A stretch of 57,594 nt of DNA from Prorocentrum cordatum (Eukaryota). Below the pieces are notes generated by a model. The model saw only the letters and a list, made by a program, of their open reading frames with translations, had not been told where the DNA came from and did no database searches. The translations under genes and the position numbers were made by a program. The stretch lies in the NCBI GenBank assembly GCA_963575745.1, contig CAUYUJ010000016.1, positions 62,001 through 119,594 on the forward strand. Direction: 5' to 3'. Of this stretch, positions 27,347-38,600 are shown piece after piece. The stretch's first letter is position 1. Each line of letters opens with the position of its first letter.

Positions 27347-27581
27347 ATCTTTGGACGCCCGACATGGGTACCGAAAGAATGGGCACTATGCCCAACAACA
27401 AACGTTGTCCCAAGCCAGCAGCGGCCGCTGTTGGGCAGGCGGCCCTCTGTCTCAAATGGACACAGGACGCGGCGGCGTGGACGGCGAGTCCGGTTCAAAA
27501 TGAACAGGAACTGCTGTTGGGCATCGTACCCATTCTTTCCGTGCCCATCTCGGGCGTCCCAAACATCTGCGCGTCCTCACT
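27347..27581. mobile_element. MITE family D copy with ~50-bp imperfect TIRs
   Basis: ttggacgcccgacatgggtaccgaaagaatgggcactatgcccaaca is complementary to tgttgggcatcgtacccattctttccgtgcccatctcgggcgtcccaa; second copy at 29592-29785. Confidence 0.75.
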
Positions 27582-27833
27582 AGGAGTCTTGACTGCGCCC
27601 GGTGGTCGGACCACGCAGCAGGAAGGCGTTGGAAGTAGATCGGGCTTCCGTCTGCCCCCTGCAGAGGGAGGAAGAGGTGAAGCCGCTCGATCATGGAAGT
27701 AGGAAGGCGCCCAAGTAGAAGAGGAATCATAACATCCAAGAAACCCGCGAGGAGCGCCATCGATTTATGTTCATGGCGTTTTGTTTCCTTCTCCGAAGCG
27801 AAAATGCCTTCTTTCAGCGACTGGCGTGTACCT

Positions 27834-27994
27834 TTAGGTCGGGCGTGTCCCCCTACAGGCGGATTTTGGAGGGCAAATAAAAAATAGCCAAGAAATGCCC
27901 AAATAAGAAATTCGAAAATGATCAGGAAATCGTCCCCAGACTATTTTCGGACTATTTTTGAACATTCCTCGTGTAGACGGGCATGCCCGACTTG
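27834..27994 (+). mobile_element. MITE family A copy (hAT-like)
   Basis: TIRs; exact 8-bp flanking duplication gtgtacct. Confidence 0.85.
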
Positions 27995-28516
27995 GTGTAC
28001 CTGGGGGGATGCCTCTGTGCAGACCGAGGGGCCGTAGGCGACCCTAGGGGGGGAGGAGGAGGAGGAGGAGGAGGAGGAGGAGGAGGAGGGGAGGAGGCAG
28101 GGGAGGGAGGTAGGAGGAGAGTGAGGGGGAGGAGGAGGAAGGAGGAGGAGGAGAGAGGAGGAGGAGGGGAGGAGGAGGAGAGGAGGGGGAGGAGGAGGAG
28201 GGGAGGAGGAGGAGGAGGAGGAGGAGGAGGAGGGAGAGGAGGAGAGGAGTCCAGGGGAGGGGGAGGAGGAGGAGAGGAGGAGGAGGAAGAGGAGGAGAGG
28301 AGGAGGAGGAGGAGGAGGAGGTGGAGGGGGAGGAGGATGAGGGAGGAGGAGGAGGAGGAGGAGGGAGGAGCGAGGGAGATTGGGAGGAGGAGGGAGGGGA
28401 GGAGGAGGAGGGTGGGGAGGAAGGAGGAGGACGGGCCGCCTAGGCCCTTCGGAGAATGCCTCCACCTGGGGGGGATGCCTCTGTGCAGCCCGAAAAGCCT
28501 CGCCCGGGGGCGCGGC

Positions 28517-31423
28517 TCACCAGGTGTTCGCCGGTGCCGCGGGCCCCTCCTGGCCGTGCCGCGCCTTCTTGGCGGGCGGCTCCATGTTGCCGCCCTCGCG
28601 CTCCGCCCACCGCACCGCGAGGTCGTCGCAGTTGATCCCCGTCATGGCGTCCCCGATGTTCTCGGAGATCTCGGCGAGGACCTGAGGGGGGAACGTTGGG
28701 GGGGGGGCGTTCAGGCTTCGAACTTCGAGCGGTGAAGTCTCTGACGTTTTCGCTGGTTGTCAGCCTCGGGGTGCTCTCCGGCAGCTGCGCCTCGCCGAGA
28801 GCGTCGTCCCGGGGGTTCCTGGAATCGTCCCGAACGGCCGCGGGAGGCCTGACCTGTGACCCGAGAACCACCAGGGGACTGGCTCAGTGGGGGAAACATC
28901 GACCTGGAATTGGCGAGACATCGCCGATAGATCGGCGATAGGTTTTCGATAATTAGCGAATCCGCACGTTCCTGGCTGGGTGGGCCATCGGGCCCCTACT
29001 AGCGATGAGCGGGCGATTGGAGGTTGATGCATCTCTCCCTGATCCTATGCCCCTCTAACGTTGCCGCTGAGGACCTTGGGGTCGTTGAAATGCGTGGTCG
29101 CCTTCACGATTGCGCGGGCGCGCTTCTCCGGCTCCGTGGACTTGAATATCCGCCACCGTGCCCAGAGGCACGAGTTGGAGTGTCGTCAGGTCCTGCGATT
29201 CCTCCGTCCTCAGTCCTGGGGATTCTATAACGGGGCCCACAGCCAGTAGTTCTCGGCACTTCTGGCGCTTGTCGCATGGCTTCGAAGCCAAGAGGGCCTC
29301 AAGACGGCCAGGTCCCCGCAGGCGTCCAAGCTGCCTCTGACCTACAATCAAGGCGCGGTGGGGTGATGGGCCGAAGGCACCTAGATGCCGCTGCCAACGA
29401 AGACGCCCTCCACGCCCAGCTGCATGCACAACGCGGCGTCCGCGGGAGTCGCCACGCCCCCCGCCGCGAAATTGACGACGGGCAACTTGCCGTCCTTCTT
29501 CACCTGCCTCAGGAGCTCAACTGGCGCGCCGATCTCCTTGGCGTGCGTGAAGAGCTCGTCTTCATCCATCATCTGGACGGCCCGGATCTCCTGTTTGAAC
29601 GACCGACATGGGCATGGAACACATGGGTACGATGCCCAACAGCAAATGTTGTCCAAAACTGACAGCAGCCACTGCTGGGCAGGCGGCCTTCTGTCTCGAA
29701 TGGACAACGTCCGTGGTGACGCGGACAGCGAGTCCTGTCTAAAATGATCAGCAACTGTAGTTGGGCATTGTGCCTATTCTTTCCGTACGGCAAGTTCGCG
29801 TCGTGTCGACCCCGGCGTTGGTTCCTGACACCGCGGGGATCGTTTAAACTTGAACGATCGGCCGTTCCGTGAACACCCGATCGTTTAACGACGGGCCGAT
29901 TCTGGGCCACGGGAGGCGTTCAACCTTCAAAGCGCGCGCTGGGGTCGGCCGATCCTTGTGCAAGGTGCGCACGTGGAGGACGGCAGAGTTGACGTCGCCG
30001 GTGCCGGCCTCACCCTTCGTACGGATCATGCTGGCCCCCTCGGCGATGCGCCGCAGCGCCTCGCCCAGGTTCCTGCAGCCGCACACGAAGGGCACCTTGA
30101 ACTTGTTCTTGTTGACGTGGTTGTGGTGGTCCGCCACCGTCAGCACCTCGCTCTCGTCGATGCAGTCGACGCCGAGTTCTTGGAGGATCTGCGCCTCCAC
30201 GAAGTGGCCGATGCGGCACTTCGCCATCACCTGGAGGAACGGAAAGAACGCGATGCTGCTACTCCCCTGACCTTTCCTGGGGTGCGTTCTGACCAGGATT
30301 TTGAGGCGAATCCAGCGGTGGCGACGAGGGCCTCCCAGGCCAAGAAGGGGAAAACGAGTGAAGGTTAGCAATATGGGCACGTTTTCCTCCTCTGATCACC
30401 GGGATGGACACCGCATTGATGATCTCCTTGATCATCTTCGGGTCGGACATGCGGGCCACGCCCTTCTGAGTGCGGATGTCGGCGGGGATCCGCTCCAACG
30501 CCATGACGGCGCAAGCCCCGGCCGCCTCGGCGATCTTGGCTTGCTCCGGGTTCATCACGTCCATGATCACGCCGCCCTTCGCTGCCATGGGTCAGGAGGA
30601 TCTTGAGGGGAACGGGTCCCTCGCCATCGCTCGGACGTCCACTCCCCAGGCATTTGTCGATGTCGTGCGTGTTTTTTTTTTCGCTCGATGATCTTGGATG
30701 CTCCTCGATGGTCCTCGCCGAGAAGAAATGCACACGTCCGAGCGATGCCAAGGTCCTGGACCCCAGGCCCCAGGGCTTTCCCTGCGGCCAACTTCTCGCT
30801 CTGGGTCGCTTTCCGACGGCCCCAAGGGGGCCTGGGAAGGGGCACGGGAGGCCGAAAGCTGCGCGAAGCATCGGGGCCCCCCTTCCTCAGGACCCTTGCT
30901 CTTCATGGCAGTTCTCCTCCTCCCTTCAAAGGTCGACCCCTGGACCTCTCTCTCTCTCTATTTTATATAAAAGGAATTCAGCTGTTCGACCAGATCCCGA
31001 TGTGCGCCCACCCGCGGCGACGAGGCGATGCACAAGCAGGGCGAACGACGCCCTCCCTAAAACCTCGAAGCTAGAAACTCGAGGGTCGACCCGATCCTGG
31101 GCCAGGGGGGCTGGCCAGGATTTTGGATCACTGCGTCTAGAACGAAGCCAATACGAGGATAACATCGGGTGAGGTCGAGAATCTCTGAGATCACTGGAAG
31201 ATGTATCGATCGCCGCGGCCTTCTCAGAGCGTTCTGGAACGCTCTGGAACGGATTTGTCCTCGTCCTAGTCTCGTCCGAGCGTCGGATGTCAGGCGGCAG
31301 TGCGCGAGGACAAGCCGGCAAGCGTCGGTAACGCTGATTTCTCAAGCCGGCCTTCAACATGGAAGGCAAACCCTTCTTCACACGCTGGGAGCCCTCCACG
31401 AAGCTGCCAGTCTGCGCGGCCAT
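28517..31423 (-). CDS. PDX1: Pyridoxal 5'-phosphate synthase subunit PDX1 (PdxS/SNZ family), 6 exons: 31423-31352, 30576-30400, 30230-29955, 29590-29389, ~29151-29075, 28681-28517 (~322 aa)
   Basis: Spliced translation carries family motifs in order: [157 protein letters not shown]. Donors GC, GT, GA, GC, GT. AG acceptors at four of five introns; the exon 5 acceptor is unresolved. Confidence 0.95.
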
Positions 31424-32118
31424 CGCTGTCGAAATCCCCTCTGCCACCAAGCTCCAAACACGCGCGCTGCCTGCCAATGCCGCTTCGATCAAGACGGCTG
31501 CGGAACGTCGCCGTGTCGCTGGGCGCGCAGTGGAGCGTCCTCTGGTCTCCTCGAGTTCTCTGCGTTGAGGATTGCAGATCTTGTCCAGGGCCTCGTGACA
31601 TTGGACTTTTATGGGCCAAGACATCTGTGCCACGGAGAAAACTGCAACCGTGTGTCGGAGCATTCTCCGTCATTCGCTCTCCCGCTGTATTTTCTACAGT
31701 CGGCCTTGAGTGGACAGGACACGCGAGAGGACACAAGACCCTTCCGAGGGCCACATTGCCATGGGGGATGTAGGAGGCATGGGTTGCGAGGCACAGGACA
31801 CAAGGGTATCTAAGGGTACCCTTGATTTCGCAGGGTCGACCTACTAATCAGTGCCGACTGTACGAGGTCCTGTTTTCTGGGGCCCTGGATTGGGTTTACA
31901 AATGCCCCAGGCTCGAATTCTGTGGCGCTGCTGGGCGCTCCAGGAGATCTCTGCATGACTCTTTTCGGAGGCCTCGGCACGAAGGCTGGACTGAGATGGT
32001 CCCAGGGGTCCGTGCTGGAGCCCGCTTGGGGGCCTCTCGTGCCGCCTTGAAGGCCCTTGTGGGTCTGCCAAGGGAACCCAAATCTTTGAAACGCATGTCA
32101 AGTTTATTTGTATGGTTA

Positions 32119-32294
32119 CGGTGGAGGCCGGGTCACAAGAAACCTTCCACAAGAAACCCAACCCTGAGACCCCAGGGCGTCCATCGATTTTCGGCGTGGA
32201 AGCGTCGCGCATTCCATCGCAAAACCATCGAAGCCCAAGAAACCCATGGTAAGCTGGAGGCAAGCATGGTGTTTCTTGGCATGGGTCTCCACTG
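32119..32294 (+). mobile_element. MITE family C copy
   Basis: TA|cggtggag...ctccactg|TA. Confidence 0.85.
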
Positions 32295-32598
32295 TAAGAA
32301 CTCCCGGCACTTCGGTCTTAGAAGCGCACAAGACGGCCCAAGTCCCCCAAGACGGCAAGCACGAACTGTCGTATCGAGCCCTACCCTCCAGCATGACCCC
32401 CGAGACCGCCAGCAGGCAGCAGGCCCCCCAAAGACGCCCCCAAACGCCCTCAAGAGGCCCCAAGCGATCTCCATGAGGGCCCAAGAGGTCCCCAAGAGGC
32501 TCCCAAGAAGCCCCCACGAGGCATTCCGAGAGATCCCCGCATGCCTCTCTTGTCCACAGCCAAGGAGCGGTGGGAACATGGGCCGAAGGCCGCTAGAC

Positions 32599-32749
32599 TT
32601 AGGTCGGGCATGTCCTCCCAAAGGCGGATTTTGGAAGACAAATGAAACACAACCAACACACCGTCAAACATAGCTAACAGAGCACGCCACCAGACTACTG
32701 ATTTACCATTCTTGATTATTCCTCCTTTAGAAGGAAATGCCCGACTTAA
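32599..32749 (+). mobile_element. MITE family A copy (hAT-like)
   Basis: TIRs; flanks cgctagac/ctctagac. Confidence 0.8.
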
Positions 32750-35666
32750 CTCTAGACCCGCTACACCCGTTGCTTGCAAAAGCTGCTTGGCATGCCAAAT
32801 CGCAAAGCCTTTTGCCGCCCCTTCCAAACGGTTCCCAATGGGGTCTCGGCTCAACCCGCCAGCCACGCGGAAAAAGGTTGGAGGCAAGGGCTTTTCCGCC
32901 CGAGATGGCCTCCACGGTGGTCCAAAGTTGCCTCCAACACAGCTGGATCGCCTCAAGAAGGCCCAACATGTCATCAAACCAACAGAAGATTGTTGCAAGA
33001 CGGCTCAATACTGCCTCCAGGCAGCCCGTGCGGCCCCAAGACGCCCCTAAAGGCCTCCAGGATGACCTTTCGCAGGCCCCCGCCATTAACTCACCTTCGG
33101 TTTTTCAATGCTTGTCAGTTCTCGCTTTTTTTGCCTGCGGCAGCTGAAGACGACACCAGAGGCCTCCAGGATAGCCACATAGGGCCCTTGAAGCTGTCCA
33201 GAGGGCTCGAACGCAGGGCAGGAGGGCCCAAGGCTCTAGAACGCCTCAAAGTGAAGCAACCAAGACTTCCCCCGAATGCGAATAGGCTTCAAGGAGGCCC
33301 CCGGGGGCCTCCAAGAGGTCCCAGGCGGCCTCCGAGAGGCCCCCAGAGCCAAAGATGTCCACAGGAACCTCCCAGGAGTCCCTGGGCCCCAAGAGGGCCC
33401 CCAGAGGTCAGGTCCTCGTCTTCGTCCTCTTCCTCGTTCTCTTCCTCGTCCTCTTCCTCCTCTCCCTCCTCTCCCTCTCTCTCTCTCTCTTTCTTTCCAC
33501 ACCCAAATGTTCTCCCCAATGGTTTCCACAACGGCTGGCTGCATGCATAAGCTTGGCAAGAGTTCGGCCACACAGGCGTTTCCAGCAACGCAGTGGGCGA
33601 CGGCGACTCGCCATAGGCGCCTTCGACAACATTAACACCTCAATGGGCCGGCAAGACGGAAGGCACCGTCTGGACATGCGTGCACCGCGTGCGTGCGTAG
33701 GTTTTTTGTTGTCTTTGTTTTTTGAATAGCGAAGATGGGGCATCACAACAACACAGTGAGGACAGACACTGTCTGTTAATATTGCCTGCGTAAGGGTACA
33801 ACACACGCATGAAACAAAGGGCGGAACAAACGGACATCGCCACACAATGAAACAACTGTTCAAACAGCAGGAGACGTGCGCTGTGTTGGTTGGAGAAACA
33901 CGTCACACCACATGTGGACAACCACAGAGGCGATCCCCACCGTGGCAATCACCACGTGCGTGCGTGCGTGCGTGCGTGTGCGTGTGCAGACATGCGCAAG
34001 AGCGCGTGTGCATGTACTCGGGAAACGAACTCCATACACCGACGCTTTTGCCGACGCAGCGCTGAAATCCGCACAGGAACGCGGATCCTGGTGTATACGG
34101 GATCCTGGTGCATCTATTTTTCGTTGTTTCCATTGGGAAACGGGGGAACATTATACACCACACCACCCCGACGTCGCTCCCGACCCTCAAAAAGTCGTGG
34201 GATTGAAAAAACAGCCCGCCTCTGGTAATGTATATGTTCCAATTTCCGATGTACCCAAACATCTGGCGATTTGCTTTTCGAATGCGCGGCCTCGAAAATT
34301 CCGGCTCCATCCCCAAGGGTCACCCTTTCGCCCCGGAACCATTTATGATGGCCGGTGGGGCCCCAGAACGGCCAACGGAGGCCAAAGTCGAGGAAGACCG
34401 CCAGGACCGACAAAAAACAAATCGTAGATCTGGGTGGTGAATGTTTTCTTTTTTCGGAGTTTCAACATGGGGCGGCAGAGGGGGGGTCTCGCTCTGGACC
34501 TCTGCTTAGTGCGACCGTTTGCAGCAGTGCGTCCTATGGGGGAGACTCCACCTGCTCGAAACGGGTGCCCCAAACAGCCAAGATCTACTCCAGGGGGGGG
34601 GGAGGCGGGGGTGCGAGGGTCTGCGCCGATCGGCAAAACAATGAATAAGAAAACGATCACGTGTGCGTGTGGGCGCATCCGAAGACCGAGGACGGCAGCT
34701 CAAAATCGATCCTGGGACCCCCCCGAGGTCCAAACGCACTAATTTTCCGAGCTGCGTCCAGCCATGGCGACGAGGGGGCCCCTCGAAGGCCCACTGCCGC
34801 TGTCTCATCTCGTCCTCCTCTGAGTGTGTGGCGTGTGTGCAGACATGTGCGCGAGCGCGTGTGCGCGTTTGAGCGTGCAGAAACCGTGCTACCATGGGGG
34901 ACGACGTCTAAAGAACGAAGCGGCTTTCTGGCCACGGCGAGCCTCGGCCGAACCGAGCTCTAAGGAACGACCCGAACAACCAGATCCCCTCCGTTGCCCG
35001 AAGCGGCGCGCGCGTGGCCACTGTGGGCCCACGCGCGCGCCGGGGCCATGGGGGAAGGTGCAGTCGCCGCGAAGGCGGTGCGGAGCGTGCGTCGGCCCTG
35101 CGATCCTCGGCACACTCGCTTGGAGGAGAAGGGGGCGGAGGAGGAGGAGGAAGAGGAGGAGGAGGAGGAGGAGGAGGAGGAGGAGGAGGAGGGGGGAGGA
35201 GGAGGAGGAGGAGGAGGATTATTCTATTCTACCCCATTGCGTCCCCTGCGTGCCGAATAGTGAACTAAACTCAGAATGGCGTGTGCTGGGCCCTATGGTC
35301 GCGGGGTGCAAACGGCCTCGAAATTTGCAACTTCAAGAAACCGCTGTCTCCCAACGTGCAAAACAACTCTCAGTCAGGACTTCAAGCGGGCACGGCGGAG
35401 CACTGGCACCCAATGCTGTCACTGGATGGCCACTAGGCGCGCAACCGTGCCATCACTGGACAGCGGGGCACTCTGATCAGAATCGGAGTCACCCTCGGTC
35501 CCACAAAACCAGTACCTTTTTAAGTCATGCTCTTGAAACCATCCCGAGAGGAAAACTCAAAGACCTCGGGCCTTTCTAAAACCTCATTCGAACTAGTGCC
35601 AGGGGAGGAGGAGGAGGAGAAGGAGGAGGAGGAGAAAAGAAGGGCAGCGGCGGCAGGCGGCTCAAG

Positions 35667-38600
35667 AGCGGGCGGCCTCATCCCTCCTGGTTCACCGCCG
35701 TATACACCCCCCTCTCTACCACCGTGCTGACCACCGAGCACACATTCGGGTTGCGAGCTGGGGCGCTCCCTTTCATCTCCACTTGCGGCTTCGCCGCGAT
35801 AGCTGCCATCGCCTCCGTCTGCACCGCCCTCAGCTCTGGCTCCACCATCAGGTTGATCCTCCCTCGGTCCTTTCTGGCGATGGCTTCCTGGCGATGGCAC
35901 TTCTTCTGCATGCGTGTCAACACTTGGCCCGAAACGCTCGACACCTTCTGTGAGAACATCAGGAGCTGCGTCCTCTTCTCTTTCGGCACACTCTCGTCTT
36001 TCGCAGTCATGCTGATCAAAGCTGTCCAGCAACGCTCGTAGCTCAGCGTCATCTTGTTCATATCATCGTACTTTTTCACTTCCTTGAGGGCCTTGCGCTC
36101 TACGTCGTAGGGCTTGCCCGTGTCCTGCATCACGTCCATGCCTACCACCGTCTTCGCCGTCGCTACCGCCATTTGCTTGAGCTGATCGTTGCCTGCGCTG
36201 CCCACCGCACGGCGGGTATTCCTCGCCCAGTCGCCCTCCATCAGCATTGCTGTCGCCAACTGCTCCATTCCCTTCCCACCCATCGTTCTCCTGGCCGAGA
36301 AAGTGTATTTGAATATGCCGATGTGCACTCTCAAGAGTATCGAACGGGGTATTACAGAAGGGGCACTTGATGTCTGTCGGAAGATCCAGAGCCGAAAGAA
36401 GTCCCGACGGAGGGCCAGGTCTCTTTGCACACGCTGTGGGGGTCTTCTTCCCACGGGCCTGACTGTGAAGACGAGCGTTTGTGATGTTGGCGAAGATTCT
36501 TGAGCGCCATGGGCATTGATTCGTGATGGGAGCACGTCTGTAGTCATTGCTTATCCCATGTGCGCGATATTCATGCACACGCAGCTGTTTTCTGGTATCA
36601 TAAGAGTGTGTACAGCGAGCTTCATTCACGACAACCTCACACTTGAACAGACGCGACCCCGAGCTTGGCAACGCAGGCAAAGATGAGGTCGGAGGAGGAG
36701 CTCCATGGTCCATGATATCCTCAGGAGGGGCGAACGTCTCAGAATCCTCGAAAAGCGAAAACCAACCACGAGCACGAAGGGCGTCCTGGGCCGGCCTATG
36801 ATGTCGACCAAGTTCATTAAGATCTGCTCCGAACTGATTAAGCCACGGGTTACATCTATGTTGAGGTTTCCCCCGCCCCGTCAGCTGATTCTTGCCGTTC
36901 ACTGCGCCCGTAAGCACACCTAGTCGTACACGATGATCCCGAGGAAAACGTGCCATATGGTGTATCCATCTAAGTCTCCGATATCTCAATATACTCTGGG
37001 TAGTATATAGTTGGAGTCGTCGTCTTACTTCGTAGTTAGATATGGTACGGCAATGCGTGACGTTCCCGCGCTCGTCGCTCTGCTTGTTTGTCCCCTCCCC
37101 CATCAGTAGTGCTCGCGCGTGCTGTGCAATAAAACCGTCAATATGTTCTGCCGCCCGATCAGACAGGAACCAAGTCTCCCCACCCGAGAGATACGTGTTG
37201 ACGACCATCCCCTGGAACACGGTCTTTTTTTACTTTCCTGGGCGCACGACTAGTCCAGAACTTCCCCATGGCGTTCCACCCAAGACGAGCCGCCTCCTGA
37301 CGTTTTTTGAGCTCCCAGGTCTCGTGGCCGTCGAAATGGTGCCATGCTCCCAGGTGCCTCAGGCAGATGTTGCCCCCCCCCCCCCCCCCCCCCCCCCCCG
37401 CCCCCCCCCCCCTCGAAGTTGTTTTTTTTTTTTGTTTTTTGTTTTTTTTTTTTTTTTTTTTTTTTGTAGAACTGCTGCATTTTCTGGTGGGATCCCCGAC
37501 CGTAGGCTCGAAAAAGGACCCCTTTTTTATCTCGATTCTGTTGCGGCCCTGTCGGCTCGCTGACATGTGCAGCAAGTGCCTGATCCCAGTCTTGTGCTCG
37601 GGCACCCGCCTGCTCCGCGTCCTCGCTCAAGCCCATGCGGAACGTGTCGTCCGCGTATGCCCTGTAGCTGAAGTTGATCTGCGTCTGAGTTATCGGTTCC
37701 AGCACGTGAAAAAATACGGTCCTCCTCCGTCTCAGTTGCGGCTACCCATCTGTCTACACATGGGTCACGTACATTGATGAACTTATCTGGGGCAGCCGCG
37801 CCCCCTTGCAGGTCCCCGCATCCAAGTGGCATCAGTGCCCAGTCACCTGAGTCCGCTCGTAGAAAGCAAAAGGCCCTCGTGTGTCTCTGCAACAGTAGTT
37901 CGGCGTCACCATGAGGGAGTGCCGCACGTACCACAGCATTCAGCGCCCCATGATCCACGGACGCGAAGGCGTTGGCCTGATCATAAAACGGGGTCACCCA
38001 AGTACGTTGATGCTGAGCCAGGTGCCATCTAGCAATCTTCACCTGCAAGATGGTCTGCTCGCGCCGCCTTCGGGGTTTGAAACCTGTGGAGTTGTCGGAG
38101 CCGTGCCCAGTACGTCGTGACCGCAGTTGGCCTGCGAAGGCTTTGCCGATCGGGTCCAGAAGGTGAACGACGCGCTCAGCCTTGCACTTCTCCTTGTTAT
38201 TACCTTTCTGCACCCTGCAGCCAGAACTAACCGCCCAAATCTGTGGCATGTGTTGCCGTCTTCTGATTATATAAAGAAGTTGTTGGAGTCGCTGCTGAAA
38301 AGGACCAGATCGTTCACAATGCTTCGGCTTCGCCAACGCAAGAAGCCATGCCTCTCGGGGTACTGACCATGGTGGTACGGCACGTCGCGCGTTAGCTTTC
38401 TGAAGTCTATATAGGATACCCTGGTAGTCCTCCTGCGCTCGAACATAAAAAGGTCGGCCATCGATGTCCATGTTCTGCGTGTTGTACTGGCTGAGTGCCT
38501 GTTCCACAGCTCGATGGGTAGTCTCGGAGGCATCGGTGTGTTTCTCGGTCATATTTGTTGATGATTCACCGCCAGAGACCGCTGAGTCTGACATTCCTTC

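Noticed and set aside
35659..35666. GGCTCAAG (3' end of the dinoflagellate spliced leader) at the LINE 3' boundary
   Set aside because: Only an 8-nt match, expected by chance once or twice in this window (another at ~19749); upstream leader bases do not match.
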